Shown: positions 10,906 to 23,500 of the stretch, one piece after another
Position numbering within the stretch: the first letter of the stretch is position 1
Layout of the letters: the number at the start of each line of letters is the position of its first letter
Assembly: GCA_964412665.1 (NCBI GenBank)
Contig: CAYPPR010000009.1
Location: 18,091-82,090, forward strand
DNA: 64,000 bases
Direction: 5' to 3'
Source: an uncultured Desulfopila sp.
GTDB taxonomy: Bacteria; Desulfobacterota; Desulfobulbia; Desulfobulbales; Desulfocapsaceae
Program-made: the position numbers and the translations under genes
The notes under the pieces: generated by a model
Seen by the model: the letters and a program-made list of their open reading frames with translations, nothing else
Told to the model about the DNA's origin: nothing
The model's database searches: none

Positions 10906-11571
10906 ATGAATATAATAGATGCCCTTCGCCTGCGTAAATCCACCCGTGCCTTTCTCGATAAACCGGTCAGCAAAGAAAAAATTATCAACATTCTGCAAGC
11001 GGCACGGCATGCTCCATCGGGAACGAACGCTCAACCATGGCAGGTGGCCGTTGTCACCGGCAAAAAAAAGGACGAATTAACCAAGGCACTAGAAAGCGCC
11101 TTCCGCAAAGAAGGCATCGGCACCATGGACTACCTGTATTATCCGCTCAAATGGCATGAACCATATAAAAAACGGCGGGTCGCCTGTGGGGCCCAGTTGT
11201 ATGGCGCTCTGAATATAGAACGACGGGACAAGGCGGGCAGACTGGAGCAGTGGATTGCCAATTACCGGGCATTTGACGCGCCGGTCATTCTTTTTTTCTT
11301 CCTCGATTCGGCAATGCAAAAAGGGTCTTATCTCGATTACGGCATGTTCCTGCAATCGGTAATGCTGGCTGCCCTTGCGGAGGACCTGGCCACCTGTCCC
11401 CAAGCCGCTCTCGGTCAATACCCTGATCTGGTTAAGGATGCGCTCGGCTACAGCCGGGAGACTGTTCTTCTCTGCGGCATAGCTCTTGGTTATGAAGACA
11501 AGGACGCACCGGTCAACAGCTACCGCACACCGAGAGAAGAAGTGGAAACCTTCACCAGGTTCTTTGACTGA
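10906..11571 (+). CDS. nitroreductase-family NAD(P)H:FMN oxidoreductase
   Basis: N-terminal RKSTRAF motif and PSGTNAQPW. The length of 221 aa and the C-terminal pattern are typical of the nitroreductase fold. Confidence 0.85.
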   Translation: MNIIDALRLRKSTRAFLDKPVSKEKIINILQAARHAPSGTNAQPWQVAVVTGKKKDELTKALESAFRKEGIGTMDYLYYPLKWHEPYKKRRVACGAQLYGALNIERRDKAGRLEQWIANYRAFDAPVILFFFLDSAMQKGSYLDYGMFLQSVMLAALAEDLATCPQAALGQYPDLVKDALGYSRETVLLCGIALGYEDKDAPVNSYRTPREEVETFTRFFD

Positions 11572-11716
11572 ACCGGCCAACGGGTTTCCTCCCCGAAGGC
11601 CTGCAATTCTCTACTAAAAAATCAGAAAAGAATGTATAAGGGAGACAAAAACCTGTTCAATAGAGCAGTACATATCCCTTAAGATAATGTATGCACTCAA
11701 AAAACCGGAGAGAACA

Positions 11717-12211
11717 ATGTTTACCATCGGCGATATTCGCAACATAGCCATACAAATTGAAAGAAACGGCGAAGAAACATACCGCAGGGCCGCTCAAGCA
11801 GCCAAAGATCCCCAGGTGGCGGAAGTACTGGAGTGGATGGCAGAGGAAGAGAGTCGCCATGCCACATGGTTTACCAAGCTTAAGTCAAGCAAGCCGTTAA
11901 CCGCTGAACAGCAGGAGATGGAGTCGGTTGGCCGCTCGCTGCTACAGGAAATGGTTAAAGGAAACACTTTTTTACTGGACGAAAGCGAGCTGCTGAATGC
12001 CAAAAATGTCGAAGAAGTAATCGCCCAATCGAAAGCATTCGAGTTGGATACAATTTTATTCTATGAATTTCTTATTGGCTTTCTCGATGACCAGGAGACC
12101 GTTGAACAACTGCGGAAGATAATCAATGAGGAACGTAACCACATAAAGCAACTCGAAGATATGGGTACCTCGGCGGGATGTGATTCCAGCGAATCCGTCT
12201 CTTGTCGATAA
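11717..12211 (+). CDS. rubrerythrin/ferritin-like diiron four-helix-bundle protein
   Basis: Two E...ExxH pairs (ERNGEETY / EEESRH and ELD / EERNH). Start placed at MFTIGD, which has GGAGAG upstream. Confidence 0.7.
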   Translation: MFTIGDIRNIAIQIERNGEETYRRAAQAAKDPQVAEVLEWMAEEESRHATWFTKLKSSKPLTAEQQEMESVGRSLLQEMVKGNTFLLDESELLNAKNVEEVIAQSKAFELDTILFYEFLIGFLDDQETVEQLRKIINEERNHIKQLEDMGTSAGCDSSESVSCR

Positions 12212-12373
12212 CCGAGATAACCGCCTTTTACGTCCCTGGCTGTCGGTCCCGAGCGTTACCTCGCTCAGCAAACAAACGGCAGGGAAAACTAACGGTTATG
12301 ATTGAATCCCCATCCCCACAGGATATTTCTTTTCCCATCCATTTACAATTGCCACTAGCAATATGAGGAAACC

Positions 12374-15118
<2,745 letters not shown>

Positions 15119-15126
15119 GGACAGCG

Positions 15127-16011
15127 GTGAAAAACGCCACAGTTTATGATTTATTGCAGTCATACGCGCAGCAGCGGTGTCGGCCGGATCAATCACCCTA
15201 CAAGGCCATTCTCTTGCATGATGCCTCGGAGATTGCCGCGACAACAGGCTTATCGCTAGGAGTAGTCGAATGTATCGCCCTGGAAGAAGGCATAGTTCCC
15301 GAAAGATACTGTCGCAATCAAAACTCTTTCTCCAATGAAGACCAGCTTCGCTTGCTGCGCTGCCATGTGGCGATTATCGGCCTCGGCGGCCTCGGCGGCG
15401 CGGTCACCGAAATTCTCGCGCGAATCGGAGTCGGCCGACTCACTCTGGTTGATGGCGACTGTTTTGAGGAAAGTAACCTGAACAGGCAACTGTTGAGCAG
15501 CCCTGATGCTCTCGGCAAATCAAAGGCGGCAACGGCCCGGATACACGTTCGGGCTATTAATCCGGCAATCGAGGTGCGCGCGATAGCTGAGTTTTTCCGG
15601 GTCGACAACGGCCGGGCAATCCTCCATGACGCTCTGCTGGCCATCGACTGCCTTGACTCCATTGCCGACCGTTTTGTTCTTGAAGATGCGTGCAGAAAGA
15701 CTTCCATTCCGCTTATTTCAGCGGCTATAGGCGGCAGCAGTGGCCAGGCAACGGTGATTTTCCCGGAGGACCCCGGACTACAGAGCATCTACGGTCCGGC
15801 GGAAAAAGCGCAAAAAAGAGGTATGGAGCAGTCGGTAGGCACTTTGCCTTTTGCAGCCATGTATATGGCCGCCGTCGAATGCGCGGCGGCAACGACCCTG
15901 TTACTTGGCAGACCCTCGACCCTGAGAAACAGGCTGTTTATGGCCGAGGTAGGCGACCATACAACAGAACTCTTCACTTTGCCGGGGCTGTCTGACGAAT
16001 CTGCGAAATGA
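15127..16011 (+). CDS. ThiF/HesA/MoeB-family E1-like adenylyltransferase with an extra ~50-aa N-terminal extension
   Basis: Rossmann motif IIGLGGLGG, followed by LVDGDCFEESNLNRQ. GTG start 8 nt after the acnA stop, with AAGGA upstream. I see no C-terminal CxxC zinc motifs. Confidence 0.8.
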   Translation: MKNATVYDLLQSYAQQRCRPDQSPYKAILLHDASEIAATTGLSLGVVECIALEEGIVPERYCRNQNSFSNEDQLRLLRCHVAIIGLGGLGGAVTEILARIGVGRLTLVDGDCFEESNLNRQLLSSPDALGKSKAATARIHVRAINPAIEVRAIAEFFRVDNGRAILHDALLAIDCLDSIADRFVLEDACRKTSIPLISAAIGGSSGQATVIFPEDPGLQSIYGPAEKAQKRGMEQSVGTLPFAAMYMAAVECAAATTLLLGRPSTLRNRLFMAEVGDHTTELFTLPGLSDESAK

Positions 16012-16024
16012 CTCCGGCAAGCTG

Positions 16025-16040
16025 TTTTTACGACGCCATC
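16025..16040 (+). repeat. copy 1 of the exact 16-mer TTTTTACGACGCCATC
   Basis: Read directly. It ends one nt before the stop codon (16041-16043) of the minus-strand gene, in the 29-nt gap between convergent genes. Confidence 0.95.
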
Positions 16041-16883
16041 TTATTTAACGTCCAGATTATAGAAAGGATTGACATGATCCTTTTTGGCCTTGATGGACGC
16101 GGCAAAAATAACGTCCTTTAAACCGTAGGCCTCGATAAGCCTTTCTGCCGTTTTCCTGCGCAGATCGCCGTCATTCTTCAGGCCGCCTTCAAGATTGTCG
16201 AGGGTGACGACACCGTTCTCGAGAGCAACCGTTGCCCGGGGAGAAATGCTGACAATCTTGGCATGGATGTTGGCAAGTAAGGTCTTTTTCTGAAGAAGTG
16301 CCAGTGATTCCGGCGTCGCATTGAATCTTCCTTTTTCTACCATGTCGGCCAGGACATCGACAACATCGTCGACAGTCATCGTGCCGATGTGCAGGACCAT
16401 GTCATAAAGATTGCAATTTAAGGTGTCTTTACCATAGAGAGACAGGCTCCACTTATGCCGTTCCGCATCGTCCTTTTTGAGTATGTACCGGGCTTCTTCC
16501 TCTGAACAGTTTTCCCGCTTCATCTCTTCTTTTATCCGATCCTCCATACTGGCGATTATTCTCACCTTCAAAACATGCGAGATATCCTGCAGGAAGAAAT
16601 GGCCTGCCAGACCATGATAAACAATATTATCTTTACTCATGTGATTGAGAAAGGCAGCACGAAAATAACTTATATAGCGTTCTCTGCCATGGCTGAAACG
16701 CTCGAGTACAGAAGGTGCATCGTGCAGTGCCTTGACCAGCTTTATTTCGGGAATGGAAAATTCTTCGCAGGTTTCCAGCAGAATATCCCGGGAAACGCAT
16801 TCATATCCGAGGCGTTTGGCCAGAGCTTCCGCTACGTCCTTGCCTCGACTGTAGGACCCTCTAGAAATGGTTATAATAGCCAC
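16041..16883 (-). CDS. cytidylate-kinase-like family protein (Cytidylate_kin2-type) with a C-terminal BON-like region
   Basis: N-terminal IITISRGSYSRGKDVAEALAKRLGY is typical of the cytidylate kinase-like 2 family. GTG start with GGGGGAG SD. Confidence 0.65.
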   Translation of the reverse strand: MAIITISRGSYSRGKDVAEALAKRLGYECVSRDILLETCEEFSIPEIKLVKALHDAPSVLERFSHGRERYISYFRAAFLNHMSKDNIVYHGLAGHFFLQDISHVLKVRIIASMEDRIKEEMKRENCSEEEARYILKKDDAERHKWSLSLYGKDTLNCNLYDMVLHIGTMTVDDVVDVLADMVEKGRFNATPESLALLQKKTLLANIHAKIVSISPRATVALENGVVTLDNLEGGLKNDGDLRRKTAERLIEAYGLKDVIFAASIKAKKDHVNPFYNLDVK

Positions 16884-17032
16884 ATTTCTCCCCCTCTAAT
16901 GTAATTATTCTTAAATAACGCACAGTAATAAAAACGATGTATAATACTCCTGGAAAAGAAGATTGTAAAGCTTCCCCCCAAACAAATATAACCTTAATAT
17001 TTTGCATTTTTTGGACCAAAGTAAATACAACG

Positions 17033-17506
17033 ATGAACAACACCGACTATATTATTGAACCGGCGACACTGGCCGATGTCGACCAGCTTGTTATCCTCGA
17101 GCAGACTCTGTTCATGACGGATTGTTGTTCGCGCAAGAATTTCAGATATCTCATTCAGCACGCAACCGTTATCGTCGTCAGAACCAGAATAGAAGGTACA
17201 ATAGTCGGCTACGCAATTTTGCTGACGAGAAAAAACAGTCGAACAATGCGCATTTACTCCCTCGGCGTCGCCACATCAACGAGAAATACCGGCATCGGCG
17301 CAAAATTAGTTGCCGCTCTCGAGGCCATTGCCAGAGAGGCAAACTGTACCATGCTGACCTTAGAGGTAAGCGACAATAATAAGGAGGCGCTCAGACTCTA
17401 CACGAAATATGGTTTTCAGCAGTATGGTTTTCGCTATGGTTATTATGAGGACGGCGGCCATGCAATCCTCATGCGCAAAAAACTGACCTTCCGGATGGCT
17501 CAGTAA
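17033..17506 (+). CDS. GNAT-family N-acetyltransferase (RimI-like)
   Basis: Acetyl-CoA binding motif RNTGIGAKLV, preceded by RIYSLGVATS. C-terminal YTKYGF. The start is uncertain; the long ORF begins at 16937. Confidence 0.8.
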   Translation: MNNTDYIIEPATLADVDQLVILEQTLFMTDCCSRKNFRYLIQHATVIVVRTRIEGTIVGYAILLTRKNSRTMRIYSLGVATSTRNTGIGAKLVAALEAIAREANCTMLTLEVSDNNKEALRLYTKYGFQQYGFRYGYYEDGGHAILMRKKLTFRMAQ

Positions 17507-17549
17507 AAAAAACTTCGTTAGCCAGGCGCGCAAAATTTATATTATTTCG
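17507..17549 (+). repeat. partial relative of the 49641-49745 palindromic element
   Basis: AAAAAACTTCGTTAGCCAGGCGCGCAAAATTTATATTATTTCG aligns colinearly with 49641-49683. The blocks AAAAAACTTC, GC.AGGCG and TTTATATTATTTCG are shared. Confidence 0.55.
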
Positions 17550-17640
17550 CCCAATCATGCTTATTTTATATATTCGGAAACAACACGGATGGCCACGCAA
17601 CGGTTCGTCATAAATAGCATTTTCTCCGGGGAGATGAAAA

Positions 17641-18897
17641 ATGAAGCTCATTCAGGCACGAATACGCGGGCTTGGCGCTCTCACGGAAAGCCGGTGGTTT
17701 GAACTCAGCCCGCACCTGAACCTGTTTCAGTTTCCTCCGGAGGAATATGGTAGAAATTTTCTGCGGATGCTGCAGACCATCAACCCACCTTATGCAATAG
17801 AAACCGTCCAACCGTTTGCTGATTTCCCGAAATATATCAAACAGGGCGGATACACGAAACGTGTCCATCCAGGCAAACGTACGGTCGCCCTGGCCGTCTT
17901 CAACGCCACGCCCGCTCTGGTAAAAGAGCTGGCGACCATAAATCCGGTACTCTACGAGACCGACCGAATCGAGGTCGGCAGACGCCTCGATTATTCCCGC
18001 TGGATCAATTTCGTCGAACTGGCCGCCTCGACCCGCTGGAGCGAGGTTGCAGATAATATACGGATTTTACTTGATGAAGCGCACCGACTTGCACCGGAGC
18101 GTACGCACCCGCTCGCCGAGATCATCCGCAGCCTAAAACCGTCAGACCGCATTAAAGACACACTCCAAGACCAGTTAATAGCCTGGCTGGAAGACTTGCC
18201 AGCCGAACTGTGGCAAAGCTCGCGACAACGCATCGAAACGACCCAAACAGCCGTTCTGCGGGCCGATCATTTCCAGGCTGCAAGAGATGTTATCCGCTCC
18301 CGGCTGCCCCTCTTTGTTGCCCTCGGCTGTTCCCCCGCCTCGGACACGGAACGAGACGGCACCTCTCATCAACAGCTGCAACAACTGCTACTTTTAATCT
18401 CCGAGCACAGCAAAGCCCTCGGCAACACTTCACCCACCGATGCACGCGCATTTCTCGACCAACTGAACGTTCAGTTGGCGGCTGGGCACTCTTCTTCGAT
18501 GTTGCTGCGCATCGACAGATCTGCGACCGGAGTGCTGCGACTGATCAATGACCAACCACAGCAAAAGTCGACCGAGGGGCCGCTTTTTTCGCTCCGACAG
18601 ATGCAGGCGAAAGCCTGTCTGGCCATCGCCTTCAGTCAGGTTGTTGACAGAGCCGAGCCGATACTCGTCTTTGATGCACCCGAACGGCATCTGCCGCAGG
18701 AAACTCACAGCGAACTTATAGATTTTATAATTAAAATTTCAAAGACCAGTCAATGTCTGTACAGTCTGGCGGATGTCGATATTTTTCCAAAAGATGTTGG
18801 CGGCAGGCGATACAACGCGGAATCTTTAGAAATGACAGGCAAGGAGCCCGCGAAGAGTAACCAATACGATGGACGGACACAGCGGAACGTTGTATAG
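17641..18897 (+). CDS. hypothetical protein with apparent SMC/RecF/ABC-ATPase head architecture but degenerate catalytic motifs
   Basis: GGGGAG SD. N-terminal MKLIQARIRGLG..FELSPHLNLFQFPPEEYGRNF sits where a Walker A would be expected. C-terminal LFSLRQMQ...ILVFDAPERHL resembles the signature and Walker B regions, with Ala in place of the catalytic Glu. Confidence 0.5.
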   Translation: MKLIQARIRGLGALTESRWFELSPHLNLFQFPPEEYGRNFLRMLQTINPPYAIETVQPFADFPKYIKQGGYTKRVHPGKRTVALAVFNATPALVKELATINPVLYETDRIEVGRRLDYSRWINFVELAASTRWSEVADNIRILLDEAHRLAPERTHPLAEIIRSLKPSDRIKDTLQDQLIAWLEDLPAELWQSSRQRIETTQTAVLRADHFQAARDVIRSRLPLFVALGCSPASDTERDGTSHQQLQQLLLLISEHSKALGNTSPTDARAFLDQLNVQLAAGHSSSMLLRIDRSATGVLRLINDQPQQKSTEGPLFSLRQMQAKACLAIAFSQVVDRAEPILVFDAPERHLPQETHSELIDFIIKISKTSQCLYSLADVDIFPKDVGGRRYNAESLEMTGKEPAKSNQYDGRTQRNVV

Positions 18898-18962
18898 TCG
18901 GTCGGGACAGTGCAACAAAGTACATTCAACCGAAAACTTCCACGCGAGGCCGGCAACCATTG

Positions 18963-19475
18963 ATGTCTGATTTTCTTCTCTCGCAGATCCTTATCGGCAT
19001 CGCCATCTGCACCGACACCCTGTCATTTCAATTTAAGGAACGAAAAAAGATTGTCGGTTGCCTGCTGGTTTCCTGCACCCTGATCTCCGCCCATTTCATG
19101 CTGCTCGGCCACTGGACGGCGGCCTTTCTCGCTCTGATGGCGGCCATCCGCTTCACGACGAGTATTTTCAGCACCTCAAAAAAACTGATGGGCCTCTTTC
19201 TTGGTGCGACAATTATTATCTCGATATGCACCTATGCCGGATTGCTGTCCATCCTCGGCTGCGCTGGAGGCCTTTTCGGCACCGTTGCCTCCTTCTGCAA
19301 AGAAGATAAGCTTCTCAGACAATTGATGCTTATCGGCACAAGTCTGTGGCTCGTACACAACATTCTTGCCGGCTCACCGGGAGCCGTGCTGATGGAGGCA
19401 ATTTTTATCAGCAGCAATGTCGTCGGCTACTTTCGTTTCTATATACTCCCCAAAAGACAAGCGCTTCATCCCTGA
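18963..19475 (+). CDS. YgjV-family inner membrane protein
   Basis: About 170 aa with five predicted TM helices. The N-terminus MSDFLLSQILIGIAICTDTLSFQFKERKKI matches YgjV-like proteins. Confidence 0.7.
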   Translation: MSDFLLSQILIGIAICTDTLSFQFKERKKIVGCLLVSCTLISAHFMLLGHWTAAFLALMAAIRFTTSIFSTSKKLMGLFLGATIIISICTYAGLLSILGCAGGLFGTVASFCKEDKLLRQLMLIGTSLWLVHNILAGSPGAVLMEAIFISSNVVGYFRFYILPKRQALHP

Positions 19476-19626
19476 GGTGCCCCAGCCTTCTCAAGCACCA
19501 TTTTTCAGTTGAATGCATCATGACACTTGAGACCCCAACCCCTTAACGATCTGTTTTCATGATACAAATAACGTTTTATTACCATAGCCGAATCGATTAT
19601 ACAATATTTTTTCGAAGAACCTGATT

Positions 19627-20391
19627 ATGATTGATATGAATGTAGATCGATTTATACGCACACAACGACTCCTCGGGGAAGAACGTTTTCAACTCCTGCA
19701 AAGCAAAATAGTGACGCTGGTAGGGCTTGGCGCGGTGGGCGGTTATGTCATGGAAGGACTGGTGCGTGCCGGAATCAGTCGCCTGCGACTGATCGATTTT
19801 GACACTATCCAGCCGAGCAACCTCAATCGCCAGATTCTTGCTCTGGAAAGCACCATCGGCCGCTCGAAGGCTGCAGTTGCCGGTGAGAGGGCGCTGGCCA
19901 TCAATGGACAATGCAGCGTCGAAGCCTTGCCTCTTTTTGCCGCCGACGACACCATGGAGCAGATTCTTGATCCGCAAACAGACCTGCTCATCGATGCCAT
20001 CGACTCCCTCAACCCAAAAACGCAGCTCCTGCAGGCAGCATATGAGCGCCGAATTCCCACCATCAGTTCGATGGGTGCTGCCCTGCGCACCGACCCTACC
20101 CTCATACGTTCCGGCGACCTGTTTGCCACATCCAACTGTCCGTTGGCCAAACATCTGCGCAAGCGTCTGAGAAGAAGAGGCGTCGGAGACGGAATATCCT
20201 GTGTCTACTCAATTGAGACCATTGATTTTGACTACCGCTTGGCCGAAGAAGAAACACAGATGGGCGAAGCCCCCTATGCCGACAGAGGTCGGCAACGCAA
20301 CGTTCTGGGCAGTCTGCCGACTATTACCGGGATTTTTGGTCTGACCATCGCCAATATGGCAATTATGCAGCTTTCTCAATTGACAAAATGA
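19627..20391 (+). CDS. tcdA: tRNA threonylcarbamoyladenosine dehydratase (TcdA/CsdL, ThiF family)
   Basis: RFIRTQRLLGEERFQLLQSKIVTLVGLGAVGG..LIDFDTIQPSNLNRQ, together with the TcdA-typical C-terminal region (RKRLRRRG, VYS.E) and a length of about 250 aa. Confidence 0.8.
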   Translation: MIDMNVDRFIRTQRLLGEERFQLLQSKIVTLVGLGAVGGYVMEGLVRAGISRLRLIDFDTIQPSNLNRQILALESTIGRSKAAVAGERALAINGQCSVEALPLFAADDTMEQILDPQTDLLIDAIDSLNPKTQLLQAAYERRIPTISSMGAALRTDPTLIRSGDLFATSNCPLAKHLRKRLRRRGVGDGISCVYSIETIDFDYRLAEEETQMGEAPYADRGRQRNVLGSLPTITGIFGLTIANMAIMQLSQLTK

Positions 20392-20513
20392 CCAAGTAAT
20401 TCGCTGTTATATGCGTTGCAAAGAGGCACCAGCAATTCCCGCTCAAATTTTAAAAAAACCGATTAAGGAAGAAAACTGTCCGAAAGAGAGATATGAGGGG
20501 ACTTGATTTGAAA

Positions 20514-23500
20514 TCATTTATTGTGGTGAACGTGAAAATACAGTATCGGAATAAGCACAAGCGTCAACAGGGTTGAAATCATTACCCCGCTTGCCAGGGT
20601 CAGTCCCAGCGGTTTTAATGACGGCTCAAACACCAGCACACCACTGCCGAACATTACGGTGGCAGCTGTCAGCAGAATGGGTCGGGTACGCTGGACACCG
20701 GCTTGCAGCACGGCCTCTTTCAACGCCATCCCTTCATTTTCACGCTGTTTTATGAAATCCACCAGGAGGATGGAATTCCGGACCACAATGCCCGCCAGCG
20801 CGATAATGCCCAGAACCCCGGTACCCACCAGGTTGATGCCCCAGATCCAGTGGGCCGGTATTACACCGATAAAAATGAGGGGAATGGGCAGCATAATCAG
20901 AAACGGCAGTGTATAGGAACTGAACCAGCCGGCCAGCAGCAGGTAAATAAGCAGCATCACCACAGCACCGGCAGTGCCCAGATCTCGGTAAACATCACGC
21001 GTCATTTCCCATTCCCCGGACCAATAAAGTTGAGGATGTGCGGTAGTCTCGGGTGGTGAGAGCCAGCGGATGGCAATCGGTCGGCTGTCATCTTCCGCGG
21101 GGAGGCTTTTGGCGCCCGCCAGCTGGATTGTCAACGGTTGCGCGACAGACCGGTCCAGATCGGCCACCACCGAGATGATGGGCAGCAAATCCCGACGATA
21201 CCGTACCGGATTTCCGGGGTGCTGATCAAAATGCACCAGTTCCTCCAACGGCACCGGTTGACCTTGGACGCCGGGAAGATAGATCGATTTCAGGGATTCA
21301 ACAGTGTCACGCCGGGTTTGATCCAAACGCAGAATCACGGGTACCGGCTCACGGGAACCGGCTACCGGCCAGTCGGTGACGGCGCGGCCTTCTACTGCCA
21401 GAAAAAGCGTTCGTGTCACCGCAGCAGGAATCACGCCCCGGGTAGCTGCGTGCTGAGGATCTACCAAAAGATTGAGAAGCGGTAAGGGATCTTTTGGAAA
21501 TTGTTCGGTGGCCACCACGCCCGGCTGAGCGCTAAGCCAGCGTTCAAGCCGATCTGCAAGAGCCTGCCGGGCGTCGGCATCCGGACCGTAAATTTCAGCA
21601 GTAACAGCTCGGTCACTGGAGGGCCCGGAAGGGATGCGACCGATATAACCTTTGGCATTATAAGGTGCCAGCCAATCGTCGAGTTTATGCGCCACCTCGC
21701 GGCTGACCTCATAGCTGAGCCGCTGACGTTCCTGACTCGGTACCATCTCGACATGCAGTTTGGCACGATGAGGCGGTAAGCTTTCGGGCACCTGTATTTC
21801 GGAGGGCGGATATATAAAAGGTGCCTGTGTACCCGCATACACTGTTAAAGATTTTACTTCCGGGAGGTTGCGAAGTTTTCGGCTCACGGCTGAAGTTGCC
21901 GTCAGTGTTTCAGTCAGCGTGGCGCCAGCCGGCAGTTCCACATGCACAGCAAAAATTTGACGGTCCAGCAGCGGTGTCAACCCGACCTGGACCCAGCGCA
22001 GGCCCACCATGGAAAAGCTCGCCAGTAGAAGTATGACCAAGCCCAGATATAAAATCCAGCGCAGAATGCCATGGGCCATCAGGGGGTACATTAAAGCATG
22101 GTAACATCGGGCATACCCTTTTTCTGACGTCGCTGTTTCCTGCACACCGGTTTTGGAAGTACTTCCGCGGTGGGCAGACATATCTACTTTCAGGAGCCTT
22201 AAACCAAAATAAGGCGTAATCGTGAGCGCAACCAGCAGAGAAAACATTACTGCCGCGGATGCTCCTACCGGTATGGCACGAACATACTGACCCATTTCTC
22301 CGGTAATATAGGCTGTAGGCAGCAATGTTGCAACGACCAGCAGATCCGCAAGGATCGTGGGATTACCCACCTCATTCACAGCGCTAACGGTCAACTCCCG
22401 GCTCTTTTTACCGGCGTTGCGAAACTGCCGGCTAACGTTTTCCAGCATCACTACGGCATCATCGGATAGTATCCCGATAGCCAGTATCATTGCCGCAATG
22501 GAGACCGGATTAAGGGTGAAATCGAACTGGTTGTAGATGAACGGAACAATGGCCAGTGACGACGGCATCATCAGGGCGATAATGATGGCCGCCCGCCATC
22601 CCAGGCCAAGCCAGATGATCCCCACCACGATGAGGGTGCCGGTGAACAGTTGGCTGAGCACGTTATAAACTCTTTGCGTCGCTTCTATACCCGCATCATA
22701 GCAGATGGACAATTGCATCCCGGCCGGCACCAGTTGGGTTTTTAACTCAGCCATTCGCTGAGTGATTCGGCGCGTCACGTCGGCAACATTTTGGCCGGGC
22801 AGGGTCGTCATTGCGAGAGTGACCGCCGGATAGGCTGTAGACTGGCCATGCTGCCAGTTCAAGACGGCACGGTTCCGGTGCACCGTGCCGTTTCGGATAT
22901 CCGCCACATCTTCGAGATATACCGGGCCCACAGATCCCTGGCCAACGGGAATGCGGCCCAGCTTTTCACAGCTGCCGATATCCGTCCCTGTCTGCATGAC
23001 TGCCACCGGCGCGCTTTCTAAATAACCGATCGGTATTTGCCGGCCCGCGCCGGCCACCGCTTCCGCCATCTGATGAAGGGATATGCCGTAGGCCGCCATC
23101 TCCTCAAGCCGGGGCAATACTTCTATGGCCTGTTGATCACCGCCGTACCGGATAATATTGCGCACACCAGCCACGGATTCCAGCCGGGCGGACACCTCTC
23201 CGGCAACCTGGTCCAATTCTCGGGGAGAATGGATCTTGCTACTCAGGGTCGCCATGAACATGACCAGGCGTTCCTCCCCGAAAGTATCAATCCGGGGAGT
23301 ACCGGCAGCAACCGGCAGATGATCGGCGTAGACATTGAATAATTCTTCAAGCTCTGCAAAAGCGGTAGTTTCTGCCGTTCCCGCTTCAAATTCGACTGTC
23401 AGCAGGGCAGCGTGATCCGTACTACTACTGTGTATTTTTTTCACGGACGATAACTGACGAATCCAGCTCCCGGCTCGCCTTGCCAGCTGATCGTCCACAC

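Noticed and set aside
16025-16040. Resemblance of the reverse complement (ATGGCGTCGTAA) to the neisserial DNA uptake sequence (ATGCCGTCTGAA)
   Set aside because: The match is 7 of 10 core positions in an unrelated lineage. The copy density here (about 5 per 64 kb) is far below that of true uptake sequences. It is kept only as a curiosity, not as evidence.
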